From Alphaproteobacteria bacterium (GTDB lineage: Bacteria > Pseudomonadota > Alphaproteobacteria > UBA828), in NCBI GenBank assembly GCA_963667785.2, contig CAXXMU010000001.1:224001-288000 (forward strand): a DNA stretch of 64,000 bases. Reading direction: 5' to 3'. A model generated the notes under the pieces. The model worked only from the letters and a program-made list of their open reading frames with translations. It had not been told where the DNA came from and did not search any database. The stretch's first letter is position 1; the number at the start of each line of letters is the position of its first letter. Both the position numbers and the translations under genes were made by a program. This document shows positions 39,030-50,030 of this stretch, in pieces.

Positions 39030-39218
39030 CGGCAGTCTCCTCCGGCCGGCGCTCGAGGGATATGACTATCGCGCCGCAAGGCGCGTCGCGTCGCGCGGCC
39101 GCACGCGCAGAGCGCACGTTCGAGCAGACCGAGCGCCGGTGCTTGAGAGATATGAATAAAGCGGCGACCATCGAGGGCGCAAGCCCATGAGACCGCGGCC
39201 CGGAGGAGGGTGCCGGCC

Positions 39219-39845
39219 ATGACCGGGAAAGCCAGTATCGTCGGCGTGCTTCTCGCCGGCGGCCTCGCGCGCCGCATGGGGGGCGGCGACAAGTGCTTGC
39301 AGCCGCTGGCCGGCGAGACCCTGCTCGCGCGGGTGATCGCGCGGGCCGCACCCCAGGTCGGCCCGCTGATCCTCAACGCGAACGGCGATCCTAAGCGCTT
39401 CGCGGCCTACGGCCTGCCGGTGGTGGCGGACGTGGTGGAGGGCCATGCCGGGCCGCTCGCCGGCATCCTCACCGCGCTCGACTGGGCCGCCGATCACGCG
39501 CCCCACTGCCCCCTGGTGGCGAGCTTCGCCACCGACGCGCCGTTCCTGCCGCGCGACCTGGTCGAGACGATGGCGCAGGCCCGCGATCTCGCCGGCGCCG
39601 ACCTCGCCTGCGCCGCCTCGGACGGGCGGGCGCATCCGGTGTTCGGGCTCTGGCCGGTGGAACTCCGCGCCGACCTGCGGCAGGCCCTGGTCGAGCGGGG
39701 CGAGCGCAAGATCGACCGCTGGACCGCCAGCCACAGGCTGGTCGAGGTCGCCTTTCCCGTCGGTCCCGTCGACCCGTTCTTCAACGCCAACCGCGCCGAC
39801 GACCTGGCCGAAGCCGAGCGCCTGATAGCCGCGCACGGCTGGTAA
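39219..39845 (+). CDS. mobA: Molybdenum cofactor guanylyltransferase
   Basis: LAGGLARRMGGGDK, GPLAG, DAPFLP, HPVFGLW, FFNAN. Confidence 0.93.
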   Translation: MTGKASIVGVLLAGGLARRMGGGDKCLQPLAGETLLARVIARAAPQVGPLILNANGDPKRFAAYGLPVVADVVEGHAGPLAGILTALDWAADHAPHCPLVASFATDAPFLPRDLVETMAQARDLAGADLACAASDGRAHPVFGLWPVELRADLRQALVERGERKIDRWTASHRLVEVAFPVGPVDPFFNANRADDLAEAERLIAAHGW

Positions 39846-39849
39846 GCTT

Positions 39850-41112
39850 CTACTCGTCCGCGTGGGCGTAGGTGAGGTCGTGCGGCGGCCGGTCGCCGAG
39901 GGCCGGATCGGTGCCCGCCGGCTGGTAGGGGGCGCCGAGGGTGCCGATATCGAGCGGCACGTCCTGGGCGAGCAGGCTGCGGGCGATGACCAGCCGCTGG
40001 ATCGAGGGCGTGCCCTCCTCCAGCATGTTGATCCGGCATTCGCGGTAGAGGCGCTCCAGCGGATAGGGATAGTCGGTGAAGTACGCGCGCCCGCCGACCA
40101 CGTCCATCGCCTTGTCGGTGACCCGCATCACGGTCTCGAGCCCGAACAGCTTGGCGATCGATGCCTCCAGCGCGCACGGCTCCTCGCGGTCGATCCTGGC
40201 GGCCACGTCGTCGAGGATGAGGCGCAGCGCGTAGACATCGCGGGCCATGTCGGCGAGCTCGGACTGGACCGAAGGGCGGGCGGCGATGGGCCGGCCGAAG
40301 GTGATGCGCTTGCCGGCGAAATGGAGCGCGATTTCCAGCGCCCGCTCGGCGGTGCCCAGCGAGCTGGCGGCGACGAAGACGCGGCTCGGCTCCAGCTCGC
40401 CGAGGAAGACGTCGAGGCCGTCGCCCTCGGCCCCCACCATGCTGTCCACGGGCACCGGCGTGTTCTCGAAGCGCAGGATGCCGTGCGGCGGGCCGTTGTT
40501 GCCCATCATGTCGGGCATCGGCTCGATGGTGAAGCCGGGCGCGCCGGTGGGCACCACCAGGGCGGTGAGCCCGCGGCGGTCGCCGCGCGCGCCGGTGCGG
40601 CAGCAGATGAGGTGGCCGCTCGCGAAGTCCGCGTTGGTGATGTAGTGCTTCGCGCCGTTCACGATCCAGTGATCGCCCTCGCGCCGGGCACGGGTGCCGA
40701 CATCCATGCCGCTCCCGGAATTGGGCTCCGTGATGGCGAAGGTGAGCGACTGCTCGCCCCGCGCCAGCGCCGGCAGCAGCGCCTTCTTCTGGGCCTCGGT
40801 GCCGTAGGCGACCACCGCGCGGGCGCTCGTGTTGTGGACGTGAAGCAACACCCGGACGACGCCCGAGACCTTCGAGAACTCGGCGAGCAGCGGCAGGTAG
40901 CGGGCGCAGCTCAGCGCGATTCCGCCATATTCCTCGGGGATGACCGCGCCGAACAGGCCGTGGTCCCGGAACTGCGGGAAGAGCTCGTCCTGGGGGAAGC
41001 GCCCCGTCCGCTCCATCTCGCCCGCGCGCGGCTCGACCTCGCGCCAGAGGAAATCGAACACCCGCCTGCGGTAGGCCTCGTAGTCGTCGTCCGTCCTGAT
41101 GCTGATCGCCAT
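39850..41112 (-). CDS. Acyl-CoA dehydrogenase family protein
   Basis: [36 protein letters not shown]. Confidence 0.9.
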   Translation of the reverse strand: MAISIRTDDDYEAYRRRVFDFLWREVEPRAGEMERTGRFPQDELFPQFRDHGLFGAVIPEEYGGIALSCARYLPLLAEFSKVSGVVRVLLHVHNTSARAVVAYGTEAQKKALLPALARGEQSLTFAITEPNSGSGMDVGTRARREGDHWIVNGAKHYITNADFASGHLICCRTGARGDRRGLTALVVPTGAPGFTIEPMPDMMGNNGPPHGILRFENTPVPVDSMVGAEGDGLDVFLGELEPSRVFVAASSLGTAERALEIALHFAGKRITFGRPIAARPSVQSELADMARDVYALRLILDDVAARIDREEPCALEASIAKLFGLETVMRVTDKAMDVVGGRAYFTDYPYPLERLYRECRINMLEEGTPSIQRLVIARSLLAQDVPLDIGTLGAPYQPAGTDPALGDRPPHDLTYAHADE

Positions 41113-41195
41113 GCTGCCGCTCCTGCTGCTCCGGCTTGTTACTTCCGCGCGAGGTGCTATCTATCACACCAGGAACGGACGCGTGCGAGGGCGAG

Positions 41196-41669
41196 ATGAC
41201 TGAAACGGCGATTTTCGGGGCGGGCTGCTTCTGGGGCGTCGAGGCCGCGTTTCGCCGGGTGGACGGCGTCGTCGAGACCGCGGTCGGCTACGCGGGCGGC
41301 TCCACGGCGGAGCCCACCTATCACGAGGTGTGCAGCGGCACGACGGGGCACGCGGAGGTGGTGCGGGTCGCTTTCGATCCTGCGCGGGTGAGCTACGAGG
41401 AGCTGCTGCAGCTCTTCTGGCAGGTGCACGACCCGACCCAGGTGAACCGCCAGGGGCCCGACGTCGGCACCCAGTACCGCTCGGTCGTCTTCTGCGGCTC
41501 GGAGGCCCAGAAGGAGGCGGCGGAGGCGAGCAAGGCGGCGCTCGTGGCGGCGGGGCATCGGATCGCGACGAGCATCGAGCCGGCGGCCGCGTTCTGGATG
41601 GCCGAGGACTACCATCAGCAGTATGTCGAGAAGAACCGGCGCATCCACGCCGGCTTCTTCCGCGTCTGA
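41196..41669 (+). CDS. msrA: Peptide methionine (S)-sulfoxide reductase
   Basis: [39 protein letters not shown]. Confidence 0.95.
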   Translation: MTETAIFGAGCFWGVEAAFRRVDGVVETAVGYAGGSTAEPTYHEVCSGTTGHAEVVRVAFDPARVSYEELLQLFWQVHDPTQVNRQGPDVGTQYRSVVFCGSEAQKEAAEASKAALVAAGHRIATSIEPAAAFWMAEDYHQQYVEKNRRIHAGFFRV

Positions 41670-41719
41670 CCGGCCCCGGCCGGCGTCCCTGCGCGCCTCG
41701 CCAACACTCTCGACCGCTC

Positions 41720-43069
41720 ATGGCAGCTTCCGGAGCGGCTGAGCCCACCGACCTGCTGGACGGGCTGATCGCGCGCGCCCGCCGTCTCGGCGCCGACGCT
41801 GCCGATGCGGTTCTGGTGTACAGCAGCGCGCTCAGCGCACGCTGCCGCCTCGGCGAGCCCGAGGAGCTGATTCGTGCGGAGGCCCGCGACCTGGGCCTGC
41901 GCGTCTTCGTCGGCGACCGCCAGGCCATCGTCTCCACTACCGACTTCTCTGAAGGCGCGCTCGGCCCGCTCGCCGAGCGGGCGCTCGCCATGGCGCGCGC
42001 GGTGCCGGAGGACCCTTACGCGGGCCTTGCCGACCCGGCCCGCCTCGCCAGCGACTGGCCGTCGCTCGACCTCGTCGATGCGGGCGAGCCCGATGCCGAG
42101 GGTCTGATGGCACGCGCGGCGGAGGCGGAGGAAGCCGCGCTCGCGGTCGCCGGAGTCACCAACTCCGACGGCGCCGACGCGGGCTGGCGCCGGAACCAGG
42201 TGACGCTCGCGACCAGCACGGGCTTCGTCGGCAGCCACGCAAACAGCGGGTTTTCGGTCAGCGCGGCGGTACTGGCGGGCGAAGGCACGGCCATGGAGCG
42301 CGACTACGAGTGGTCGACGGCGGTGCACGAATGCGACCTGGAGGCCCCCGCGGCGGTCGGCCGCCGCGCCGGCGAGCGCGCGGTGCGTCGCCTCGGCGCG
42401 CGCAAGGCGCGCTCCGGCCAGGTGCCGGTGGTCTACGACCCGCGCATTGCCGGCGGGCTGCTCTCCCATCTCACCGGCGCGATCTCGGGCCCCGCGATCG
42501 CCCGCGGCACGAGCTTCCTGAAGGACGCGCTGGAGACCGCGCTGTTCGCCCCCGGCACCGCCATCGTCGACGACCCCCACCGGACGCGGGGGCTGCGCTC
42601 GCGTCCCTTCGATGGCGAGGGGGTCGCGACGGAGCGCCGCGAGGTCGTCGCCGACGGCGTGCTGCGGAGCTGGCTGCTCGACAGCCGCTCGGCCCGCCAG
42701 CTCGGCCTCGTAAGCACCGGCCATGCCGTGCGCAGCGCGAGCACGCCGCCCGCGCCCGCGCCCTCCAACCTGTGGCTCGAGCCCGGGCGCGAGAGCCGGA
42801 AGGCGCTGATCGGCGGGATCGCGAGCGGGTTCTACGTCACCGAGCTGATCGGCATGGGGGTGAACCTCGTGACCGGCGATTACAGCCGGGGCGCGGCGGG
42901 CTTCTGGATCGAGCAGGGCGAGATCGCCTACCCGGTGAGCGAGATCACCGTCGCCGGCAATCTCCGCGAGATGTTCCGCCAGCTCACGCCGGCCGACGAT
43001 CTCACCTTCCGCTACGGCGTCGACAGCCCCACCGTCTGCATCGAGGGCATGACGGTCGCGGGCCGCTAG
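41720..43069 (+). CDS. pmbA: PmbA/TldE family protein
   Basis: DLGLRVFVG, MERDY, RGTSFL, SRPFDGEG, GVNLVTGDYSRGA, EITVAGNL. Confidence 0.88.
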   Translation: MAASGAAEPTDLLDGLIARARRLGADAADAVLVYSSALSARCRLGEPEELIRAEARDLGLRVFVGDRQAIVSTTDFSEGALGPLAERALAMARAVPEDPYAGLADPARLASDWPSLDLVDAGEPDAEGLMARAAEAEEAALAVAGVTNSDGADAGWRRNQVTLATSTGFVGSHANSGFSVSAAVLAGEGTAMERDYEWSTAVHECDLEAPAAVGRRAGERAVRRLGARKARSGQVPVVYDPRIAGGLLSHLTGAISGPAIARGTSFLKDALETALFAPGTAIVDDPHRTRGLRSRPFDGEGVATERREVVADGVLRSWLLDSRSARQLGLVSTGHAVRSASTPPAPAPSNLWLEPGRESRKALIGGIASGFYVTELIGMGVNLVTGDYSRGAAGFWIEQGEIAYPVSEITVAGNLREMFRQLTPADDLTFRYGVDSPTVCIEGMTVAGR

Positions 43070-43182
43070 GCGGGAGCGACGGGCACCGCGGGCCGGCCCG
43101 CCCCGGCTGGAGCCCGGAGCCCGGCCGTGCTATGGGATTGATCTCAAGCGCTTAGGTATCGCGCTTGTGCCGGGCGAAAGCC

Positions 43183-44961
43183 GTGGAGCAACCTGACCCA
43201 CCCCATCGACCGCTTTCGACGAGGCGCCTCGTGGTCCGCCTCGTGCGCGACCATGTGCGCCCTCACCTGGGCCGGCTTCTGCTCGCCGGCCTCTGTATGG
43301 CGCTCGCCGCCGGCTCCACCGCAGCCCTCGCCTATCTCATGGAGCCGGTGCTCGACCAGATCTTCCTGGAGAAGGACCGCACGCTCCTCATCGTCGTCCC
43401 CGTCGCGGTCATCGGCATCACGCTGATCCGGGGGGCCGCCACCTACGGTCACTCGGTGCTGATGGCCTTCGTCGGCCAGCGCGTCATCGCCGACCTGCAG
43501 AGCCGGGTGTTCGCCCACATCCTGCGCTTCGACCTCGCCTTCTTCCAGGACACCGCGTCGGGGAGGCTGGTCTCGCGGCTCACCAACGATGTCAACATGA
43601 TGCGCAACGCGGTCGCGAACGCGCTGACCGGCATGGTCAGGGATTCGCTGACCCTGTTCTTCCTGATCGGCGTCATGTTCGAGAAGGACTGGAAGCTGGC
43701 GCTGATCGCCTGCGTGGTCTTCCCCATCGCGATCTATCCGATCGCCAGGATCGGTCGGCGCATGCGCAAGGTCTCGACCTCCGCGCTCAGCGAGCTCGGC
43801 CTCTTCACCGCGCGGCTCAACGAGGCCTTCCAGGGCGCGCGCCACGTCAAGGCCTACAACCGCGAGGACTTCGAGGCGACGCGCACCGACCGGCTGATCG
43901 AGAGCGTCTTCCGCCTGATCTTCAAGCAGCAGCGCATCCGCTCCATCGCCTCGCCGCTGATGGAAACGCTCGGCGGCATATTCATCGCGGTGCTGATCCT
44001 CTACGGCGGCTGGCAGGTCATCGAGGGGGCGCTCTCGCCCGGCGCCTTCTTCGCCTTCATCACCGCCATGCTGCTCGCCTACCGGCCGCTCAAGGCGCTG
44101 GCCAACCTCAACGCCAGCCTGCAGGAGGGCCTCGCCGCGAGCCAGCGCGTGTTCGACCTGCTGGACACCGCGCCGCGCATCGTCGAGGCCCCGGATGCGC
44201 GTCCGCTCCGGGTCGCCGGCGGCGCCGTCGCGCTGGAGGGCGTGCGCTTCACCTACCCGAACGGCACGCCGGCGCTGCACGCGCTCGACCTCAAGGTTCC
44301 GGCGGGAGAGACGATCGCGCTCGTCGGCCCCTCGGGCGCGGGCAAGTCGACCGTGCTCAACCTGATCCCCCGGTTCTACGATGTCGACGGCGGGTCGGTC
44401 AGGATCGACGGCACCGATATCCGCGAGGCGACGATCGAGAGCGTGCGCGACGCGATCGCGCTGGTGAGCCAGGAAGCGGTGCTCTTCGACGATTCCATCC
44501 GCGCCAACATCGCCTACGGGCGGATCGACGCGAGCGATGACGAGATCGAGGCCGCCGCCCGCTCGGCCGGTGCCGCCGGCTTCGTCGAGGAGCTCCCCCA
44601 GGGCTACGACACCGTCATCGGCGAGCACGGGGTCAAGCTCTCCGGCGGCCAGCGGCAGCGGATCTCGATTGCCCGCGCCATCCTCAAGGATGCACCCATC
44701 CTGCTGCTCGACGAGGCGACGAGCGCGCTCGACGCCGAATCCGAGCGCCAGGTGCAGGAGGCCCTGCGCGGCCTGATGCGGGGCCGGACCACTCTCGTCA
44801 TCGCCCACCGGCTCTCCACGGTGCAGGACGCCGACCAGATCCATGTGCTGGATGGCGGCAGGCTCGTGGAATCGGGCACGCACCGGACGTTGCTCGCAGC
44901 CGGCGGCCTTTATGCGCGGCTGCACGAGATGCAGTTCGCGGCCGACATGGCTGCCGAATAG
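43183..44961 (+). CDS. msbA: Lipid A export ABC transporter ATP-binding/permease
   Basis: Six-TM domain plus GPSGAGKST, LSGGQRQR, DEATSALD; directly upstream of waaA-lpxK-lpxL. Confidence 0.82.
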   Translation: MEQPDPPHRPLSTRRLVVRLVRDHVRPHLGRLLLAGLCMALAAGSTAALAYLMEPVLDQIFLEKDRTLLIVVPVAVIGITLIRGAATYGHSVLMAFVGQRVIADLQSRVFAHILRFDLAFFQDTASGRLVSRLTNDVNMMRNAVANALTGMVRDSLTLFFLIGVMFEKDWKLALIACVVFPIAIYPIARIGRRMRKVSTSALSELGLFTARLNEAFQGARHVKAYNREDFEATRTDRLIESVFRLIFKQQRIRSIASPLMETLGGIFIAVLILYGGWQVIEGALSPGAFFAFITAMLLAYRPLKALANLNASLQEGLAASQRVFDLLDTAPRIVEAPDARPLRVAGGAVALEGVRFTYPNGTPALHALDLKVPAGETIALVGPSGAGKSTVLNLIPRFYDVDGGSVRIDGTDIREATIESVRDAIALVSQEAVLFDDSIRANIAYGRIDASDDEIEAAARSAGAAGFVEELPQGYDTVIGEHGVKLSGGQRQRISIARAILKDAPILLLDEATSALDAESERQVQEALRGLMRGRTTLVIAHRLSTVQDADQIHVLDGGRLVESGTHRTLLAAGGLYARLHEMQFAADMAAE

Positions 44962-44963
44962 GC

Positions 44964-45668
44964 ATGGCTCTCGGCAAGCGGCTTGCGCGCAGCCGGCTCG
45001 GGCTCGCCGCGCTCGCCCGGCTCTACGCCAGCTATACCGGCCTCGTCTTCGCCACGAGCCGCTGGCAGACGCGCGGGCGCGAGGACGCAGACGCCATGCT
45101 GCGGGCTGGCACGCCGTTCATCGCCGCCTTCTGGCACAATCGGCTGATGATGGCGCCGCAGGGCTGGCGGGAGAAGGCGACGATGCACGTCATCATCTCG
45201 CGCCACCGCGATGGCGAGAGCATCGCGCGCGCGGTGCGGCACCTGGGCGTGGCGGCGGTGCGTGGCTCGCGCACGCGGGGCGGCGCCGCGGCGCTGCGCA
45301 CCTCGCTGCGCCTGCTGGAGGAGGGCGGCTATCTCGGCATCACGCCTGACGGGCCGCGCGGCCCCCGAATGCGGGCGCAGCCCGGGATCATCGCCCTGGC
45401 GCGTCTCTCCGGCGCGCCGATCGTGCCCGCCACCTACGCCGTCTCGCGTCGCGTGGTGGCGGACAGCTGGGATCGCTTCGTGATCGCCCTGCCGTTCAGC
45501 CGCGGGGTCTATCTCTGGGGCCAGCCGATTCATGTCGCGGCCGGCGCCGACGACGCTGCCATGGAGCGATCGCGCCTGCTGCTCGAGGAGCGGCTCAACG
45601 CGCTGACCGACGAAGCGGACCGCATGGTCGGCGCGGAGCCGATCGAGCCGGCCGCCGCGAGCGGATGA
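44964..45668 (+). CDS. DUF374 lysophospholipid acyltransferase family protein (LpxJ-like)
   Basis: FWHNR, ISRHRDGE, ITPDGPRGP, SWDRF..LPF; lipid A operon context. Confidence 0.8.
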   Translation: MALGKRLARSRLGLAALARLYASYTGLVFATSRWQTRGREDADAMLRAGTPFIAAFWHNRLMMAPQGWREKATMHVIISRHRDGESIARAVRHLGVAAVRGSRTRGGAAALRTSLRLLEEGGYLGITPDGPRGPRMRAQPGIIALARLSGAPIVPATYAVSRRVVADSWDRFVIALPFSRGVYLWGQPIHVAAGADDAAMERSRLLLEERLNALTDEADRMVGAEPIEPAAASG

Positions 45669-46978
45669 TCGAGGCCCTGATCACGCCGGCAAGCTACCGT
45701 TGTGCGAGCGTGCTTGCGGCGCCGATGGTCCACGCCTGGCTCGCCCATCGGCGCCGCCGCGGCAAGGAGGATCGTGACCGTTTCGGCGAGCGGCTCGGCC
45801 GGCCCGGCCTGGCCCGGCCCGACGGCGCGCTGGTCTGGATGCACGGCGCGAGCGTCGGCGAGGGCCTGTCGCTGCTGCCGCTCGTGACGCGGCTTCGCGA
45901 AGCGCTGCCCGGCGTCGGCGTCCTCGTCACCACCGGCACGGTGACCTCGGCGCGGCTGCTGCGCGAGCGTCTGCCGGCCGGCGTGCTGCACCAGTTCGCG
46001 CCGGTCGACCGGCCGGACGCGGTCCGGCGCTTCCTCGCGCACTGGCGGCCGGCGCTCGCCGTCTGGGTGGAATCGGAGCTCTGGCCCAACCTGATCCTCG
46101 AGACCGCGGCGCGCGGCATCCCCATGCTGCTCGTCAACGGGCGCATGTCCGGCCGCTCCGCCGCGCGCTGGCGGCGGGCGCCGCACCTGAGCGGGCCGCT
46201 GCTCGCCGCCTTCGCCTGCGTGCTGGCGCAAACCGAGGCCGACGCCCGGCGCTTTCGCGCGCTCGGTGCACGCACCGTCGCCGTCCGGGGCAATCTCAAG
46301 AACGATGCGCCGCCGCTGCCGGCGGACGAGCACCTGCTGCAAAGCGCGCGGCAGGCGATGGCCGGCCGGCCCCGCTGGGCGGCCGCGAGCACGCATGACG
46401 GCGAGGAGGAGGCGATTGCGGACGCGCACGCCATCCTGCGCCGGACCGTCCCCGCTCTGCTCACCATCCTCGCGCCCCGCCATCCCGAGCGCGGTGCGGC
46501 CGTTGCCGCCATGCTCGAAGGCCGCGGCCTCACCACTGCCCGGCGATCGGCGAACGAGGCGATCGCGGCGGAGACCGCCGTCTATCTCGTCGACACACTC
46601 GGCGAGCTCGGACTGGTCTACCGCCTCGCCGACATCGCCTTCGTCGGCGGCTCGCTCGCACCCCACGGCGGGCACAATCCGCTGGAGCCGGCGCGTCTCG
46701 ACTGCGCCCTCGTGACCGGCCCCCACACGGAGAACTTCTCCGAGACCTACGCCGCGCTGGAAGACGGCGGCGCCGTCAGCCGGGTGAGCGATGCCGGCAC
46801 GCTGGCCGACGCCGTCGGCACCCTGCTCGACGACGAGACCGCCTGCGCCCGCCGCCGCGCCGCCGCCCGCGAGGCGGCACGGGCGATGGCAGGCGCGGCC
46901 GACGCGGCGCTCGGCCTCATCCGCGACCACCTCGAACCGCGCGGCGGCGATGCGCGCACCGGCGTTCTGGGCGGATGA
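45665..46978 (+). CDS. waaA: 3-deoxy-D-manno-octulosonic acid (Kdo) transferase
   Basis: WMHGASVGE, ESELWPN, ASTHDGE, PRHPER, GGHNPLEP. Confidence 0.93.
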   Translation: MIEALITPASYRCASVLAAPMVHAWLAHRRRRGKEDRDRFGERLGRPGLARPDGALVWMHGASVGEGLSLLPLVTRLREALPGVGVLVTTGTVTSARLLRERLPAGVLHQFAPVDRPDAVRRFLAHWRPALAVWVESELWPNLILETAARGIPMLLVNGRMSGRSAARWRRAPHLSGPLLAAFACVLAQTEADARRFRALGARTVAVRGNLKNDAPPLPADEHLLQSARQAMAGRPRWAAASTHDGEEEAIADAHAILRRTVPALLTILAPRHPERGAAVAAMLEGRGLTTARRSANEAIAAETAVYLVDTLGELGLVYRLADIAFVGGSLAPHGGHNPLEPARLDCALVTGPHTENFSETYAALEDGGAVSRVSDAGTLADAVGTLLDDETACARRRAAAREAARAMAGAADAALGLIRDHLEPRGGDARTGVLGG

Positions 46979-47942
46979 GCGCGGCGGTGCCGCCGCCGCC
47001 GCGCTCGCGCCGCTCTCCTGGCTCTACCGTCTCGCCGCCGAGGCGCGCGCGGGTCTGGCCCGGCCGGAACGCGCCGCCGTGGGCGTGCTCTGCGTCGGCA
47101 ACTTCACGGTGGGCGGCGCCGGCAAGACGCCCACGGTGCTCGCCCTTGCCGCGCTGCTCGCGGAAGACGGGATCCGGCCGCATATCCTCACCCGCGGCTA
47201 TGGGGGGTGCGAGCGCGGGCCGCTCCGGGTCGATCCCGATCGGCATGACGCGCGTGCCGTCGGCGACGAGGCGCTGCTGCTGGCGCGGGCCGCACCCACC
47301 TGGCTATCCCGCGACCGGCCGGCGGGAGCCGCCTCGGCGGCCGCGGCCGGCGCACCGCTCGTGCTCATGGATGACGGCATGCAGTCGCCGGGCCTGGCGA
47401 AGGACATCTGCCTCGCGGTCGTCGATGGCGGCGCAGGCTTCGGCAATGGCCGCCTGCTGCCGGCGGGGCCGTTGCGCGAGCCGCTTGCACGCGGCCTCGG
47501 CCGGGCGCACGCGCTGGTTCTCGTCGGGCCCGACCGGCGGGGCGCGCTCGCCGCGCTCGGCGCGCACGACCTGCCGGTGATCGAGGCGTCGCTGGTGCCG
47601 GGCGAGGAGGTTCGGGCGCTCCGCGAGCGGCCGCTCGTCGCCTTCGCCGGGATCGGGCGGCCCGGCAAGTTCTTCGAGACCCTGGCGGACAGCGGGTGCA
47701 CGGTGATCGCGCGCCATGCCTTCCCCGACCACCACCGCTACACGTCCGGCGAGATCGCGGCCATCGTCGCGCAGGCGAAGGAGCGGGACGCAGTCGCGGT
47801 GACGACCGAGAAGGACCATGTGCGCCTGCCGGCGGAGACGCGCGCGCTGGTGTGCGCGCTGCCCGTGACGCTGGTCTGGCGCGACCCCGCGGAAGCGCGG
47901 GCCCTGCTGGCGCCGCTCGTGGCGCGCTGCCGCCGTGCGTAG
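46950..47942 (+). CDS. lpxK: Tetraacyldisaccharide 4'-kinase
   Basis: VGNFTVGGAGKTP, RGYGG, GDEA, DDGMQ, PAGPLRE, FPDHH, TEKD. Confidence 0.93.
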   Translation: MRAPAFWADERGGAAAAALAPLSWLYRLAAEARAGLARPERAAVGVLCVGNFTVGGAGKTPTVLALAALLAEDGIRPHILTRGYGGCERGPLRVDPDRHDARAVGDEALLLARAAPTWLSRDRPAGAASAAAAGAPLVLMDDGMQSPGLAKDICLAVVDGGAGFGNGRLLPAGPLREPLARGLGRAHALVLVGPDRRGALAALGAHDLPVIEASLVPGEEVRALRERPLVAFAGIGRPGKFFETLADSGCTVIARHAFPDHHRYTSGEIAAIVAQAKERDAVAVTTEKDHVRLPAETRALVCALPVTLVWRDPAEARALLAPLVARCRRA

Positions 47943-48825
47943 GGCGCGGCCGGCGCGCGCCGCGCGGTACCTGTGCGAAGCCGCCGCCGTCGCCACCCTG
48001 CTCGCGTTCTTTCGCATGCTGCCGCTGGACTGGGCATCGGCCCTCGGCGCATGCATCGGGGGTCTGCTGGGGCCGGCGCTTCCGGTGCACCGGCGCGGCC
48101 TCGAGAACATGGCCCGGGCGCTGCCGGAGCTCTCCGAGGCCGAGGTTCGGGCTTGCGCGCGGCGCATGTGGCGCCATCTCGGCCGCACCGCCGCGGAATA
48201 CCCGCATCTCCGGCGCTTCTCGATCGAGAGGTCAGACGGACGGGTCGAGCTAGTCGGCCGCGACAATCTGGAGGAAGCCCGGCGCTCGCCCACGGGCGGG
48301 ATCTTCGTCACCGGCCACATCGGCAATTGGGAGCTCACCGTGCTTCCGGCGGAGCAGACCGGCATCCCGCTTGCCACCGTCTACCGGACGGCAAACAACC
48401 CGATCGTGGACCGAATGATCCAGCGGCTGAGGAGCGGGGTCGGGCAGCTCTACCTGCCCAAGGGCGCGAGCGGCGCCCGCGAGATGGTGCGCGCGCTCGG
48501 GGCGGGCAAGCACCTCCTTCTCCTGGTGGATCAGAAGCTCAACACCGGCATACCGGTGCCGTTCTTCGGTCGCGATGCCATGACCCCGCCTGCGGTGGCG
48601 GCGCTCGCGCTCAAGTACGACTGCCCGCTCTGGCCGCTTCGGGTCGAGCGGCTGAAGGGCGCGACCTTCCGCGTGACCGTGCTGCCTAAGCTCGCCATCC
48701 CGGAGGCCGGCACCCGGGAGGAACGCATCCGCGTCATCATGGTCGCCATCAACGCCACGCTCGAAGGCTGGATCCGCGAGCGGCCCGAGCAGTGGCTGTG
48801 GCTCCACCGGCGCTGGCCGGACTGA
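47935..48825 (+). CDS. Lipid A late acyltransferase (LpxL/HtrB family)
   Basis: GHIGNWE, LVDQ, VPFFG, PEQWLWLHRRW. Confidence 0.9.
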   Translation: MRRARPARAARYLCEAAAVATLLAFFRMLPLDWASALGACIGGLLGPALPVHRRGLENMARALPELSEAEVRACARRMWRHLGRTAAEYPHLRRFSIERSDGRVELVGRDNLEEARRSPTGGIFVTGHIGNWELTVLPAEQTGIPLATVYRTANNPIVDRMIQRLRSGVGQLYLPKGASGAREMVRALGAGKHLLLLVDQKLNTGIPVPFFGRDAMTPPAVAALALKYDCPLWPLRVERLKGATFRVTVLPKLAIPEAGTREERIRVIMVAINATLEGWIRERPEQWLWLHRRWPD

Positions 48826-48937
48826 GGCGTGCCCGCGCGCCGGAGCCCGGCGGTTGCGGACGAATGCCCCGCGCCTGTAGTAAGGAGGCACCCGGGCACG
48901 CAGCCCCGAGACATCCCCTGCCAGAGCGAGGACGTCG

Positions 48938-50026
48938 ATGACGAAACCGGTAGGCGTTGGCTTTCTGGGTTCGCAGTTCGTGAGCGGGATTCACGCCCGC
49001 GCGCTCGTGCGCAATCCGCACGCGAACCTCGTCGCGGTGGCATCGCCCACGCCGGGCCATGCCGAGACCTTCGCCGGGACCTACGGCCTCCCCCATCACC
49101 ACACCGATCATCGCCCGCTGCTGGAGCGGGACGATATCGACATGGTGGTCATCGGCACGCCCAACGACACCCACTGCCGGCTGGTGCTGGACTGCGCGGC
49201 CGCCGGCAAGCATGTCGTGCTGGAGAAGCCGATGTGCCTGAGCCTGGCCGAGGCCGACAGCATGGTCGCCGCCTGCGCCGATGCCGGCGTGCTCTTCATG
49301 TATGCCGAGGAGGTGTGCTTCGCGCCCAAGTACGTGCGCATGAAGTCGCTGCTCGATTCCGGTGCGCTGGGCAGGCCGACCCTCGTCAAGCAGTCGGAGA
49401 AGCATGACGGTCCCCACGCGCCCCATTTCTGGGACGTCGATCGCGCCGGCGGCGGCGTGCTCGCCGACATGGGCTGCCACGGCATCGCCTTCGCCCGCTG
49501 GATGCTCGACCGGGTGCCGATCGTCTCGGTCTACGCCCAGCTCTCGACCCAGGTGCACGGCGACAAGACCAGGGGCGAGGACAACGCGCTGCTCGTCCTC
49601 GAGTTCGAGGGGGGCTGCCTCTTCCTGAACGAGACGAGCTGGACCAAGCCCGGCGGCATGGACGACCGGGCCGAGGTGCACGGCTCCGAGGGCGTGGCCT
49701 ACGCCGACCTGCTGCACGGCAACTCGATCGAGACCTACAGCCGCGCGGGCTACGACTACGCGGTGGAGAAGGCCGGCAGCACCCAGGGCTGGAGCTTCAC
49801 GATCTACGAGGAGGAGTGGAACTACGGCTTCTGGGGCGAATTCGACCACTTCGTGGACTGCGTGCAGAACGGCACGGCCCCGCTGGTGACCGGAGAGGAC
49901 GCCCGCGCGGTGCAGGAGGTCCTGTTCGCTGCCTACGAATCCGCCCGCACCGGCGCCAAGGTGAGGCTCCCGTTCAGGACCGACGCGGCCAAGCCCTGGG
50001 ACCTCTGGCGGGGCGGCGCGGGGTGA
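48938..50026 (+). CDS. Gfo/Idh/MocA family oxidoreductase
   Basis: GTPNDTH, HVVLEKPM, GGGVLADMGCH. Confidence 0.9.
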   Translation: MTKPVGVGFLGSQFVSGIHARALVRNPHANLVAVASPTPGHAETFAGTYGLPHHHTDHRPLLERDDIDMVVIGTPNDTHCRLVLDCAAAGKHVVLEKPMCLSLAEADSMVAACADAGVLFMYAEEVCFAPKYVRMKSLLDSGALGRPTLVKQSEKHDGPHAPHFWDVDRAGGGVLADMGCHGIAFARWMLDRVPIVSVYAQLSTQVHGDKTRGEDNALLVLEFEGGCLFLNETSWTKPGGMDDRAEVHGSEGVAYADLLHGNSIETYSRAGYDYAVEKAGSTQGWSFTIYEEEWNYGFWGEFDHFVDCVQNGTAPLVTGEDARAVQEVLFAAYESARTGAKVRLPFRTDAAKPWDLWRGGAG

Positions 50027-50030
50027 GGCG

